A stretch of DNA of 64,000 nt. Origin: Lama glama (Eukaryota). The position numbers were made by a program, and so were the translations under genes. The DNA lies in assembly GCA_028534125.1 (NCBI GenBank), contig CM052816.1:13890001-13954000 (forward strand), in the 5' to 3' direction. This document shows positions 38,461 to 51,840 of the stretch, piece by piece. A model generated the notes under the pieces. The model made no database searches and had not been told where the DNA came from. It worked only from the letters and a program-made list of their open reading frames with translations. Numbering within the stretch: the stretch's first letter is position 1; each line of letters opens with the position of its first letter.

Positions 38461-40435
38461 CCGACAGTGTTATTCAAATGAAGGGGGCTCAAACGCCACC
38501 CCTCCCCAGCCACGCCTGTGAAACCACACACCCGTGGGTCTTCTGGGGCACTCAGACAGCTCGGGCAGCCGTGTCTGCGTTACGTGTTAAGGGGCCTGGG
38601 TTTAAGGCGCTTTGGCCCCATGTCTCTAAAATGCCCATTTAGAAGATATACCAAAGCATACTTCAGAAACGTTAAACCCTCACAAACAGCTTTTCCCAAA
38701 AGGCCATTTGTGTTACCATTACTTGTATAAATGTGCTTCCTGCTTAAAGTGAACTTGACCCGAGTGGCTAGCAAATTACAAACACCATTCATCTCTGACA
38801 TGATACTGTTGCCACGTAAAGGCCTTTAATAAGCAGTTTAAACTTACTGTGAGACTGTACGCTTAGTCACACTTAAAAATATATCGCTCAAAGGCAGACT
38901 GATCAGCGTTCAGCCACTGAGAATGACAATAGGACATGACGTATAAGCTCAGTCATCTACTACTTAGACCACTTTTTCCTATGAAATGAGATTTTTCTCT
39001 GTTTCCCGCTGTGCTATTATCAACTCTCCTTTGAAAATGGGGGGCTCTTAAGCAGTGATGTAATTCTGGAGGAAAACTGCTGAGAGTGTTAGCTCGTGCT
39101 TTCTAATGAACTGAAGTAATTATTAATTGAAAGGTAACTTGTTAGTAATTGGACTGTCTATTTTGAGTGGAAGAAAACTGACAATCTGTGAAAGCTCAAA
39201 GTGACAGTGCAACTGAGGGACCGAACCAAGTTAACACTACGGTTAACAGCATCTTTCTGCATTTGTACAGCAAGTTTTATTTCATCACTTTTTTTTGTTG
39301 TTTTTGGAACTTGGATAAGACGATTCTTATTTTATTTTAGTAAATCTTTGCAGGCAAGTTGGGGATAGTGCAGTGCGGCCTGACATCTCTTTACTATGAA
39401 GACTTGGCCAGAAAAAGGTACCCAGAGAGGAAATCCAAGATATTTATAATGGCCCATAACTTTTAGTGTATGAATCAAATTCAAGTGTAACATTGGCCAA
39501 GGAAAATTAAATACTGAGGCTAACAGATGAGACGGAAGTCTGTGGTTTCAGAGACCCAAAGCGTTTAGAAGAAACACTACTGTGACCTTGACAACCTCAG
39601 CCCAGTCATTATTCGTGTATTAGCTCAATGAATATTAAGTGCCAACAGCGTGCCAGGCACTGGCCTGGGTACTAGGGCCCCTGGGAACCTTGTCTGTCTG
39701 GTCTGCTGCTGTCTTCTCTCCCAGGGCATTATATTTATGGTGAAGGATTCATTTCTTTCAGTCAAGTAAAAAAAAGAGACTGTGGGTTCCTGCTGAATGA
39801 ACAGCAAGTCCCAGAAACCAAGGTTTTGGAAGAATTAGCAACCCCCAGCATACAAGAAACCCCTATGGAAATGTGAGAGGACGCGTGGCAAGGTAAAACT
39901 AATACTTCAACTGCAGGTCCGTGTCAGTTCAGGGGGACCGCTTTCCAAAAAGGAAGACAGGCTGTCTGATCTTGTAAGAAAGGAGCGGCCAGTGGTTCCC
40001 TGCCCCATTCTGAGCACGTTCCTTACACGTGGAGCATTCCTGTTGCTCTCTCCCCCGCTTGAGGAAGGCTTGGAGCCGTCCGCCTGCCATATGGCCAACT
40101 GTTACGAGTTGCCTGACATTCTGTACGAAGCACCAGGCATTTCGATGGTTTTCAGTGTGGTGGTGGAGGTGGTAGGGATGTGTTTCCTTGGAAGAGATGA
40201 TAATTAAAGCCTCCTACGGCCAACAGCATGCACTTACAAAACACTGACTGGAGCATCACGTGTTACTGAAGATCAGGGTCCTCGCTTCGTGTTGGAGGCA
40301 ACGGAGCCCAGGTCCTCAGCCTTGTACAGTGCACTGCTTAAACCAACCGAGCTCCTAGGCTGCAAAGCAGACCTCTGAAGAAGATGCCTGCCATTTTTCA
40401 TCACCATCTCTCTTTTTTTGCACCCTAAAAATGCT

Positions 40436-40441
40436 AATAAA
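40436..40441 (+). terminator. Probable distal polyadenylation signal of FGF1
   Basis: AATAAA with T-rich upstream sequence and TG-rich downstream sequence (tgtctctctgagtttcc...ttgtgtc). Confidence 0.65.
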
Positions 40442-41017
40442 TGTTCCACTTCTAGGTGATAATGTCTCTCTGAGTTTCCGAGCATCATTGTGTCTCATGG
40501 TCCTTGGGAAGGACTTTGTGGCATCCCTGAGGTGTGGCTGCCTTGTTTTCTACAATGAGCTGGTCACCGAATGTGAGACTTTGAAGGAGAATAGGAAAAA
40601 CATTTCTCATTCTGTTTGGAAACCCAAGGCCAGGCCAGTGCTAGTCTAGGGATCCATTAGGGAAATATAGTCAGGAAATTTGCCCCCTGAAGAGCCAAGC
40701 ACCGTAACTAACTCAGCTGACGCCTTTTTTTCATTGTAGCCTGTGAAACCGTGCTGCTATTGCAGAGCTGAGCAGCTGTGCTTTGGCAAAGATATAGTGA
40801 CCCGAAAAAAATGTTAAGGGCTTATTTACAATTTTCAGTCAATGTCAAGAGGTGTGCCTCTCGCACCTCAAAAGCCTTTGACGTGGGGCTGTAGGTTTGC
40901 CCAACAGATTTTCTGAAATCATCATCACATTTTAAAAACCTCCTTAAATAAACTTCTAAATCTTATGACTTCTTAGGAGAAAGTTTACTGTTGCTCAGGC
41001 ATTGTGGCAGAATCTCA

Positions 41018-41102
41018 TCACACACATACGTACTCACACACATGCCAACATGTGTCCACACACACAGGTACACACACACATGTGTGCACACATGCACATA
41101 CA
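41018..41102. repeat. Imperfect (CA)n microsatellite
   Basis: Alternating purine-pyrimidine tract. Confidence 0.8.
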
Positions 41103-41731
41103 TCTATAAAAAACAGTTGGGCAGTGTTTGCTCACTTGGCCAATGATGTATCACTATCAATCCCTCCTTTTCCTGTGAAAGTTGCGTAAAGCAGTCTTTT
41201 TCTACCTTTTGGACTGTGAGCAACCATGAGAACCACACTTTCTATCACAACCCAGCACATACATTACCTTGAACACACACACAACTGAAACCAAAAACGT
41301 CACGAAATAAAATACATGAAATGCGCTGAGATTTTTCTTATATTCCACTAAAAAATGCTGGTCAAAGATCAATGAAATGGGGTCACAACCTTCATGGGTC
41401 ATAACCACAATGTGAAATGTATTGCCTTAATGCAACCAACCATTCTCCTTCCCAGAGATGACCAGACCCTGTTAGGCTGCTGTATTGTGACTTTAGTGTT
41501 TTCAAAGACACAGTTTGTTCTTGAGTAAACAATAAAGGGGACATCTTGTTGCCCAAGGACCATCTATTTTGAGGGCACGGTGAGTTCTTTTAGCTGGTTT
41601 GCTAACTAATCATGCAAAATGAAGTCAATGGTGCAGATCCCACAGGCACCCACTGCCGCCTCCAACGCTGGTCTTAGCACATTTCTACCCTCAGAGCTCC
41701 AGAGAATGACCCTCTCCCCTCCTACGGGATT

Positions 41732-41804
41732 CTCATCACTTTGGGTCTTGAGGTCATTCCTTCCCTCTCATCACTTTGGGTCGACTTGAGGTCATTCCTT
41801 CCCT
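41732..41804 (+). repeat. Tandem duplication, 35-bp unit, second copy with a 3-nt insertion
   Basis: ctcatcactttgggtc(gac)ttgaggtcattccttccct twice. Confidence 0.9.
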
Positions 41805-43884
41805 AAGTCTTACAGTCTTTGCTTCACTCCTCTCTCTTGCCCCCACAATTTCCATTCCATAACCACTTCTAAACAAGACATAAAAAGCAGATTGAGCCAG
41901 GAAAAGGCTAGAAACCCAGGACCTCTAAGCATCGTGCCCAGCCCCTATCAATGTTTGGAAACTACGCTCTTATCTACCTGAAAACAGAGTATACCATTCA
42001 TGACTCGGTTGTAAGATAAACACCACTGCTACTGGACTGCATCTCATGCAGGGATTAAAAAATTCCCATCTTTGCCGAACCAACCGAAGGTGTAACTCTA
42101 TGCCCTGAATGTCTGAGGGCCGTTAGGGTAGCTGAGAATTGGCCTCTGTGGGTGAACCAGATTGCAAAGAGAAAAAAAGATAAATGAAGACATCACCTTT
42201 CATATTTCTCTGAGTGATGCCTTGTCTGCCATGGGGCAGCAAGGGGAGGGGAATCCCAAACCTTAAGCACTTTTGGGTTGTTGGTATATTAACAAGCCTG
42301 GTCACAGTGACACATTAAACAAAGATGCGCCTTTAACTGCACTTTCACAAGTTAACAAAAATTACTTTCAGCAGCAATTGTGCAAAGTTAAGAAACTTGA
42401 AGCCCAACCAAGCAGTGGGACTTGTATGTTTTCCATTTCAAAATTACTAAGGATTGGTTTGACAAGCGCTAAAACTGAAATGATAGCTCATAAAAAGTTG
42501 CACACCCCCCTCCTTCCTACTCAGCTCCCTAAACCCATCCTTTACCCCCAGAAAGACTCCCTTTTTCATTGTATCTAAAATCTTACTCTAAAATCGAGTC
42601 AGAGAACTCAGCCCTTGAGACATGGGGCCCTGGCATCAGGTGCTCCGGACCCCAGTGATTCATCTAATATCCTCTCAAGTTACAAGGGAAATGTACTAAA
42701 TGACTATTGGGATCTTTCTGTAACATGGCACCCACTTTGCGGTTGACATATTGACCATGACATACTACACTGTTAGCTTTCCACCAAAGCTATAAAATTA
42801 AAAAGAGAAACCAGGTCACACACAAAGTGAGGCTGGAGGGTGGATCTGCTTTTATAACATGCATATATTGTAGGATCTCATTTTGGGGGCTTCTGACGGG
42901 TCTGAGAATGTTTGTGATGTGGGGAGGCGGTATTTCCCCAATTGCTTCCTTCCTTCTCAGCTTCCCGCTGTTGCACAGGCTAAATTTATACACCCAGCAG
43001 CTAAACACTGGTGTCTATTTTATTACATAAACAAGCAAAACCTCACCACGTCCTTGATGCGCCCTTCTATCAGCCTTAATGAAGGGTTGGGCATTCCCTG
43101 TTTGGAACTGTGCTCAATTTCAGGATTTGGTTCATTTGGCTTCAGTGTGTGGGGATGTAGCTGTAGGCAGGCAATTTGTGCAAATCATCCCCGAAACACA
43201 CTTCATTGTGATTTTCGTATTTCAGGTTTTTCCTACCTTAGGAAAACAAACCTTTTTTAAGTCTGACCCAGAGATACAAAAGAGCAAGATGTTAGATTAT
43301 TTTAGTGATTCGTCCTAGCTCCAAACTTTTTTCTCCTAAGTAAGTTACAGGGATGTTATTACATGCTAATTCTTTTGCATGAATTGTAAAAACAGGACTG
43401 CTCACAGACTGCGAATGTCAACTGCGCTCGGAGTTCAGTAATTTCTTGTAGGAACGAATGGTAAAATCTATGGCATTCTCAAAATAGGAACTCTGGCATT
43501 AGGAACCCTGAATCTGACCTGGGAAATGACGTACATTTTAGAACTGGCCGGATTCTTTCTAGTAGTATAGGATAAAACTGCAGTCCAAGCTGACTGTGCA
43601 GACAGGACAAAGGAGAGAGAAACTTATTTCTTTATTCTTGGTGCCACTGGAACATGTCATATAATGTTTAATTGGAGTGAAGAAGAGGGATGGTTTTACA
43701 GATTACTTGAAAATGTGTAACTCCCAGGCAACGCTTAGACTTAAGAAGAGTTTGATCAGGTAGAAGGCTACTCCCCCCAGACTCATCCACGACAGCAGCA
43801 ATTCATTGAAAATGAAGCATCTTTCCTCAGTTCCCTCACTGATTCATCCATCACTTACTGAGTCTAGCGCTGGGCTGTCTAGCA

Positions 43885-44420
43885 TTGGGTTAGTCAGGGT
43901 CTGATCAGGAGACAGAAACCACATCAATAATTTAAACAGGAAAATTTTCATGGAAAGGATTATTAACTAGTAAAAAGGGACTGACTACAAAGAGGGGTAA
44001 AGAGGTCTCTGAAGAATATGGGAGCAGCAGATGCAGGGAGAAGCTACTATCCCCAAGGCGGAGGAAAGTATTCAAGGAAGGAACAAAGCTGCCAGATGAA
44101 GGTGTGGCTGTGGCCCACGGGAGGGTAGAGGATCTAACCTCGCGCGGTGCTTCAGGGAGCTTCCCTCCGCAGCCCTGGCGAAACTCTAGAAGCAACCTGC
44201 TGGGGACACTCAACTGGAAGTTGTGCACCATTAGGTGTCCGGCAGGAAGCTGCCCGCTGTGCCAGAGGAGCGGGAAGAAAAGCACAAGAACCCCAGAGAA
44301 AAGCCCCTTCCTCTTGCAGCGGCCCTGCAGCGCCCCCTACCGACAAACCTGTAGGTGCATCAGCTGGCAGAGGAGAAATGCACTGGTAACTAGCATAAAC
44401 AGGATTTAGATACCGTGCTA
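43885..44420 (-). mobile_element. LTR41-like ERVL solo LTR
   Basis: ttagtcagggtctgatcaggagacagaaaccaca...aatttaaacaggaaaa...gcagcgccccctaccgacaaa...cagctggcagaggagaaatg resembles recalled LTR41 family consensus. Confidence 0.6.
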
Positions 44421-44669
44421 GACACAGTATTAGAAGACGAACAAATGTGGTCCTTGCCCTTAAAAAGCTTGCGACAGCTGTGAAGCAAGTCCCCACATGA
44501 AAGCAGCAAGTTTTCTGGCTTTGTCCCCTTTAAAAAAAATGCCATTTTTCTAAATCCTCTAAGCTTCTCCCAAGCCCACCATGTATGTTCAAGATACTTA
44601 CCTTAGATATTGTTAACTCGGTTACTAATTTAAATCAACCCAAACCAATGTAATAGCCACATAAAGAAG

Positions 44670-44850
44670 AAGGTGACTTTCGAGTCAGACTTGGCAGAGT
44701 TGGAATCCTGGCTCTTTCATTTATGGACTTGGTGACTTGGGACAGGTTACTTAATCTCTGTGTCCCCCATCTCCTCCTCTGTCAAATGAGGATACAAACA
44801 GTACCAGCCTCACAGGCTTGTTGGCAGGATCCAATAAGATGGAGGCACAT
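44670..44850 (+). mobile_element. MIR SINE
   Basis: gagtcagac...gaatcctggctct...gttacttaatctctgtgtccc...aaatgaggat...cctcacagg. Confidence 0.75.
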
Positions 44851-45579
44851 AAGTATTTTTAACTTTAATTATAATACAATAAAGGTTGAATAAACATTTG
44901 TAATTATTTTTATAATAAAAATAATTATACATATTATAAGATAGGGATTAAGATAATCTTTTAGACTCTCCATTTAGGCTCCCAGTGACTTGTTTCCACA
45001 AGTCCACATTCAGAGAGAGCTTGCTTCACAGCAATTCATTTGAAAAATGTACGGGAACCTTAACTTTAACCTTAACCTTAACTCCAAGCTCACTCTTATA
45101 AGGCATAAATTATGTTATGTACTTGTCCTGTTGTAGTTTGAGCTGATTAGCCCATATCAGGGCTACCGTATTGCATTTTAGATGTTGCATATTAAATGAA
45201 GTTTTACAAATTAAAAAAAATGTTATATGGAGGCTAGCAGATGAATAATAAGGGGCCAGAAAAACATACAACAACTATAAGAACAAAAAACCCAGCAAAA
45301 GAAACTAGGTGAGTTCAGTTCAGAGAAGATTTAAAATGACATATTATGGCTCTCTTCAGATAATTCAAGGGTCATCTTGTTTTTCTTGCTCGGGTAGTCA
45401 AAATGAGTTTAAGTATTTGGGACTTGACAAGGAAGTGGTTTTGGTTCAGTATAAAGAAAAAAATCTCTCTAACAACTACAGCCATTCCAAGCATGGCTGA
45501 AGCACATCCAGAGACAGAGATTAATATCTGCCGCTCCTGGGACCTTCACACAGAGACTAGATGGGCACCTACGGCACAC

Positions 45580-45929
45580 TGATGCATCACCCATGTCCCC
45601 CTTCAGAAATGACCCTCCCAGCTGCCAAGAGTATTACGCACAGGCGGACAGCCTACGTGAGAGCTGCCTTGTCCAAGGGCACGCCCTCCAAGGTGGTCTG
45701 CGTAGGTGCATAACTGCCTGGCCCTTTGCCTCAACTTTGGACCACCCCAAAGGACCATTCCAGCTTCATAATGTCTCATAAAGTCAGCTGAGGCCTCTAG
45801 GTTGAGGCTGCCTTCTGCGCTGTGCTGCCTCCCTTTTCACAGGTGTTGATCCCAGATCCCTAATAAACTCACTGCTTCTGCTAATCTTCACCACAGCGAC
45901 TGCTACTCAGGGAAGCTTGCCTGTGACAA
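45580..45929 (+). mobile_element. LTR16-like ERVL solo LTR
   Basis: cccccttcagaaatga...cccagctgcc...cacaggtgttgatccc...ctaataaac...gggaa...cctgtgaca (polyA signal, ends CA). Confidence 0.7.
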
Positions 45930-46164
45930 TCCCTGTCCAGGATGCTAGAGGCACTGCTCTGAGCAGGATAACCACAAAGGCCCCCTACAGCCCTGTGATG
46001 CTACCCAGTCTTCACACATCCGAAGCTGAATGGTCTAAGTCTACAAAGTTCCAACCTGTCTCCACTGTGTGCCCCCAGATGGATGGCCCTTAAGAGAAAC
46101 CTCAGCCTTCTTTCTGATCATTTGACCTGTGCCTGGCCTGATGTCACCGGGCACTCGTTGAGTC

Positions 46165-46870
46165 ATTAAATTGTTCATTCAATCACTTGTCCAGCCTCTC
46201 AATAAATATTTATTAAGGCCCACGTGTGCACCAGACCTGGTAGACACAGTGGTGCACAAAAAGGCTCTTTTCTGGAGCATACATTCTAGTGAGGGGAAAC
46301 ATATGAACATAGTATTTCTCCGATTTCAGTCATTTGCCTGTATGCCCATTGACTGATCATATGGCTTATGAAAGGTAGTTCACAGTTTTATCTAGTTGGG
46401 GCTATTGTAAGCAGAAATAATCACAAAGGGACAAGCTACTACTATATAGATATTTTTTTCTAACAGTCATTTAAAAAACACAGAACTTTAAAAAAAAAAG
46501 ATGAACACCTGCAAATCATCTTTCCCATATACACATGCCATAAACTAGGAAGCAGTTTATACAAAGGATCATAGAAAGGAATGGAAAATTGCACACGTGA
46601 CAGGTGCTTACAAGGGAGAAGTATTCAGTGTCCTCAGAATATGGGGATTTAACGTACTCATGGGCTTCCCTGAGGAAGTGAGCTGATATCTCCAGGAAGA
46701 GTAAGAGTTGATAAGGTAAAGACATGAGCTGTGAAGATCATTCCAGACAGAGGCAGCAGCATGTGCTAAGGCCCTGTGGCAGGAGGGAGCACAATGCAAG
46801 TGAGGCTCAAGAGTGGACAGCAAGGATGGGGAGCATGGTGTGAACTGAGGCCAGGTAGAGGCCAATGATG
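46165..46870 (-). mobile_element. L2 remnant (interrupted)
   Basis: ttcattcaatca...aataaatatttattaagg...ggcttccctgaggaagtga...ttccagacagaggcagcagcatgtgctaaggccctgtggcagga. Confidence 0.75.
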
Positions 46871-48966
46871 GAAGAGGGAAGTTCAGTGGGCTCCATTCTC
46901 CAGTACATGTAGATAACCAAGTGGAAGCTGTATCTCCACAATCATTCTCTCTCCCTCTCTCTGTCCCTGCACAACTGAATTATATCACTTCTCCAGACCC
47001 CCTGCCAAGGAACACAAATAGTCAGTATCGGCATGCATGTTTCTGGCCTGGATTCAAGTCTGGACTGTAAAATGTATTCCAGACTTAAAACTTTGAGGGG
47101 TTGAGGTTATATTTCTTAAATATTTAGATATTCCCTGGAGGCTTTTGTTTATTCCATCCGGCAGGTGAAGTACAGGAAAAGGCTCTTTGTTCCCAGCAAA
47201 TCCCCTTATACCCAAAAGGAAAAGCAAGGTTTGCCAGCAGAGTCAAGGGTGAGAGATAGAACAAGGAAGCAGTGATGGTGCATCTGAGCCTCATTCACAT
47301 GGAAAACGCGAGCTAATTAGCTTCTTAGTGCTGCGCTTCCAGAGATTCCGAATTTGACGCTGCTGTCCAAGTTCGGGGAGCTATGTTATTAATTAGTCCA
47401 AAAACAAATGAAGCGGTTTAAAAAGAATCACGCAACCAAAACCCACATCCTTCACAGGATAGATAGAAAAACAGAAAGATAACTTGGAAACTCTTCAGGG
47501 ATGGTGCCAGTTACAGGGTTCAGGGGGGATTTGGGTACGTCTTAATCTGGGTATGAAAATAGACAACAAATCATGTTTACACAGATCTAATGAGGAAAAC
47601 TCCCTGGACTGCAGTGCCCTGCAGAAACTGACTTCTTAAAGTCCTACGATCAAACAGCGACCCCAGAGAAAGAACAAAGAAACCAAAGAGACAAAAGGAG
47701 AACAGAGATCAATTATTTCCAGTCCCAGATCCTGTAAGAACATGACTGATCATGATAACCATCCGGGATTGACCTCATTCATTTCTCTAGAAGGCACAGA
47801 GACCTGCCTTCCTGACAACCAAACAAAGAAGATAGTTCCTGAATCCCTGCTACAGAGGAGGGGTTGTCGCAGATACTGGGGAAGAGGGGAGGAAAGGGAT
47901 CTACTGAGGAGCCCGTTACCCAGCTGGGGAACAGGGTACATTAACAAATTATTAGAAGGTAACACGGGAGAGCACTGAAAGAAATATGTACAGGGCGCTA
48001 CAGGAGTCCGGGGGTGGGGGGGAGGAAAGGTCCCTCCCAAGGGAGACGGGGAAAGCTCCCCAGAGGGGGTGGGGTTTGACCTGTGTCTGAAGAGATGAGC
48101 CGGTGTCTACCAGGTGGGGAAGCGGGAAGTGGAAGCAGGACCACTGAGTCTCACCTCATTCATGGACCAGGCACTGGAGAGCCAGCTTGTAAAGGGGGGA
48201 GTCACGCACAAAGTCAGCCCTGAAAAGCCCGCAGGGAGATGGACCTACCATCTCTCAGGAAGTCTCTGGTATGTGTTCGGGAGGTGGGGGGGGCGCTATG
48301 TCATATGATCATTGTGAATAAGTTAAGCACTGTAATCACACTGAACCAGCCAACACTGCTCCCGGTGTGAGAGGTCCAGAAAATGCCGGTAACAACAGAC
48401 CCCCGCCTTGCCCTCTCTCCCCTGGGAGCACATAGGCATGGAGTTGACTAGTAGGCAGATCACCCACGGTATTTATCTTTCTCCTTTCTCTCTCTCTCTC
48501 TCTCTCTCTCATCCTATCTTTCTCTCCTGGCTGAGTAAAGTTGATGTCCTCTACATCAACTATGTGTGATGTCACTTTCCCGCCAAGCATAGGGCATTTG
48601 CTTGGAATTACCCAACTTTACTATCACATTTGTGGCTTCTTTAAGCCTAAGTCTCTAAATCTTTAATACAGGGAAAATATTAAAACCTTCTTCATGAAGC
48701 TGAGGATTAAGTGAACTAATCCATGCATGTTGCACAGAACAATGCTGGGGACAGGGTAGCTGGTCAGTAACTTAATAACTGAAATCATTATCACTCCAGT
48801 CAGAGGAGACAGCATGTGTTAGGACGCAGGAGTGCAAAGGAGAATGGTATGCTTAAAGGACAGTGAGCAGCGTAACTAGCAAGAGGTGAGGGTGGTAAGG
48901 GAGGCCCTGAGGAATTTGTGAAAGTTCTTTATTGCAGGACTAAGTTCGATCTCTGCCTTTGTGCAA

Positions 48967-49028
48967 GAAGGAAACAATGGAGACTTTAAGCAGGTAGGAA
49001 GGAAACAATGGAGGCTTTAAGCAGGTAG
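48967..49028 (+). repeat. Tandem duplication 2 x 31 bp (one mismatch) within an L2 remnant
   Basis: gaaggaaacaatggag(a/g)ctttaagcaggtag twice. Confidence 0.9.
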
Positions 49029-49189
49029 GTTGTAACTCCACATTTGTGTTAGACGGAGATAGCTCTGAAGGTAGTATGGAAGAGAAGATGGGAAAACCAG
49101 CCAGGAAGCTACCTGAAGAGCTTGGTCTTGAGATAATGAAAAATCTGAACTGATAATGATGGTGACGGTGGTGGTGATGGTGGTGATGC

Positions 49190-49660
49190 CTGTCTTTGGG
49201 TTCTCCCCAAATCTGAGACCATGACATGGGTACAGGTTGGGAGCAGATCCCAAAAAGCACAAGTGAGGGAGGGAAGTAAGACAGGCATAGGAGAAGGGCC
49301 AAAAAAAAGTGCATCGCTGATGAGGACACTGCTGTGGACCAAGGGGCTCAGTTGCCCTGGGAGCCTCTGAGGGATTGTGGAGAAGACACTTTGGAGTTGC
49401 TCCAACAAGTAAGTGGGTACTTATCCCCTGAGGCCATCCTTCTCTGGTTGTGAGCTTCTACTGGAGGTGTAATCCCAGCATTTCTGGGCCTCTCTGCTTC
49501 CAGACTGAGCCAGCTCTATAACACCCAAGGAAGTCCTTGGGCAGAGAAAAACAAAGAGGCAGGCCCTTGAGGTGGGAAGCTATCAGTCAGTATGGGGACT
49601 GTCCATCAGGACTGCATGCAAGCTCAGAAGTGGCTGAAGGGATATGCAGCAGGGCCTGAA
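49190..49660 (-). mobile_element. LTR33-like ERVL LTR
   Basis: ttgggagcagatccc...gggaagtaagacagg...actgctgtggacc...ggggctcag pattern. Confidence 0.55.
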
Positions 49661-49689
49661 GATGATGGTGAAGATGGTGCTAGTTAGGG

Positions 49690-49950
49690 CAGGTGACCTT
49701 TAGTGAGTACTTACGATGGGCCAGGCATGGTGCTCAGCATTTCATTTACATGTATTTTCACAGTCTTTCCTTACAACCCCCAGGACATGATGATGCTATT
49801 AATCTCCCCATTTACAGATGGTGAAACTAAAGCACCAAGAGGTTATGTGTTATGTTCCAATCACACAGCTAGTAACTGACAGAGCCCACACTTGAGCTCA
49901 TGCAGTTTACTCCAAAGCCCACACCTTCAATCATGACTGTATACTGCCTC
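49690..49950 (-). mobile_element. MIR SINE
   Basis: gagtacttac...gccaggca...cccatttacagatggtgaaact...cacacagctagtaa. Confidence 0.8.
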
Positions 49951-50003
49951 AGGGAGAGCAGCGACGAGCTGGGAAGAAGGGATGAAATCTGAGAATGATT
50001 TAG

Positions 50004-50158
50004 GACAGTGCTGTCCAGTATGGTAGCTACCAGCCACGTGTGGCTATTGAGTACTTGGAAATCTGACTAGGGCAACTGAAGAACCGAAATTTGAATTTTA
50101 TTTAATTTTAATTTAAATAGCCATGCATGGGCTAGTGGCCAGTCCACTGCACAATGCA
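50004..50158. mobile_element. MER3-like hAT-Charlie element
   Basis: cagtgctgtccagtatggtagc.accagccacgtgtggctattgag...tttaaatagcca...gctagtggc. Confidence 0.8.
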
Positions 50159-50309
50159 AACTTAGGAGTTGGAACACCCTGCCCTTGAAGAAAGAGGATG
50201 ACTTAGAATTTTACCAACATGGCGATGCTCAAATGCATCATGAAATGTGTCACAGCTAATTAGTTACTAAGTATTCAAAATTCTGAAATTAATGCTATTT
50301 TTTTATTTT

Positions 50310-51840
50310 TATATTTAAACAATATTTTTTAAAAATCAAACTAATGCAAGAACATAGTTTTAAAAATCATGCAGGAACTCCTGGTTCCTGCTCTTCAGAG
50401 GCAACCACTTTCATTTCCTCTAAATATTTCTCCTGATGCTTAACTTTGTATTTTCTAAACATGTTGATATTTCATTTCTTGATTTTTCTTCAGTATTAAA
50501 CATCTCTTGCTTTCATTCTATGGAGAATAAGGATTTAGCTCTCTACCCCATGCACCAGCCAGCTGTATCATAGCCCCCATGCCGTCCAAGTGCCCTTCCC
50601 ATCCTCTCCATATAGTCACATGGTATCACCGGATAGTTCAAGAGTCAAAGTTTACACTAGCAAAACTATGCAACTGTTACAGATAAACCACAGGGATGAC
50701 TGTATGGCTTTTCTTACACAAGTATCTGTTTCTCATTTCCTCCATTTTCAACTTTCTCATCACTAATTCAGCCTCAAAATATCTGACAGAGCTCTAAGAA
50801 GCATCTCAATACAATCAAGCAACCACATTGTTTATCAGCTCAGTTTTCACTGATATGCCTCTGCTGGAGCCCTCCACCCATGACCCTGCCCACAGGGCCT
50901 CCCGTGGGGCAATCATCCTGGAACTTCCTTCACTGTTTCTCTGGGAATTTCTTGTGCCTCCCTCCTGTTTTAGATATGCTGTTCCAAGATCTCATGCAAT
51001 CCTCTTTTTTTATTTAGCTCCCCAATTTAAAATATTTGTATTTCCTCCAGTAGATTTTTTCCAACTAGTTAGTTTAAAAGACCTTTCTGCCTGGAAATGT
51101 CCTCATTCTAACCTTACACTTGGTTGACAGTCTAGCTGGGTATGAAAGTCTCAGTTGGACATTATTCTCCCTTTGAAACATGAAGGCATTGCTCTTTTGT
51201 CCCCCAAGCTTACACTGCTGATGTGAAGAAATGTGATGCCACTCTGATTCCTGAGCAATTGAATCTCACCTCTTTTCCTCTCTGGAAGTTTTCTACATCT
51301 TCTTTCAAACAACTCTAGTATTTGAAGTGTTGTAATAATGTGCCTTGGTATGGGTCTTTTTAGTCATTGTATTGGGTTTGCAGTGGGCTCTTTTAATCTA
51401 GAATTGCATGACCTTTTGTTCTAGGGAACTTTCAAGTAAAACTTTCCGGATAATTTTCTTCTTTCTATTTACTCAGTTCTTTTTCTTTCCTACTCCGACA
51501 CATACACACACACATACATACACATGCACACATTCCGTTTCTCCCTCTTTCATGGTTCTGTTTCTCTGGAGACTCCTCATTAATACAACATGTTAAGTAT
51601 GAAAATAGTAATATGACTTTGTAGAGAAAAGCTTCATTTTTGAAGATGCATGCTAAAGTATTTAGGGGTAAAATGTCATGATGTATATAATTTACAGTGG
51701 TTCAGCAAACACACATGCACAGAGATAAAGCACATACGGCAGAATGTTAACCAATAATAAATACAGGTGGGGAGTGCATGGGTCTTTATTATACTCTTCT
51801 TTTTACTTTTCTATTCAAAACTTTCCAGAGTAGAAAATCA
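50310..51840. mobile_element. Old L1/HAL1-like fragments (mostly minus) plus a plus-strand L1 3' piece at ~51590-51830
   Basis: cagaggcaaccact; ttgaaacatgaaggcattgctc...tgtgaagaaatgtgatgcca.tctgattc; aaagtatttaggggtaaaatgtcatgatgt. Confidence 0.55.

Larger units (their letters stand above)
37392..40465 (+). other. FGF1: FGF1 3' UTR (~3 kb, end approximate)
   Basis: Follows the stop codon; largely repeat-poor; ends at AATAAA 40436-40441 followed by GT-rich sequence; length similar to the long 3' UTR known for mammalian FGF1. Confidence 0.7.

Noticed and set aside
45056..45082. (AACCTT)n telomere-like hexamers
   Set aside because: Only ~4 imperfect units and not CCCTAA; a simple microsatellite.
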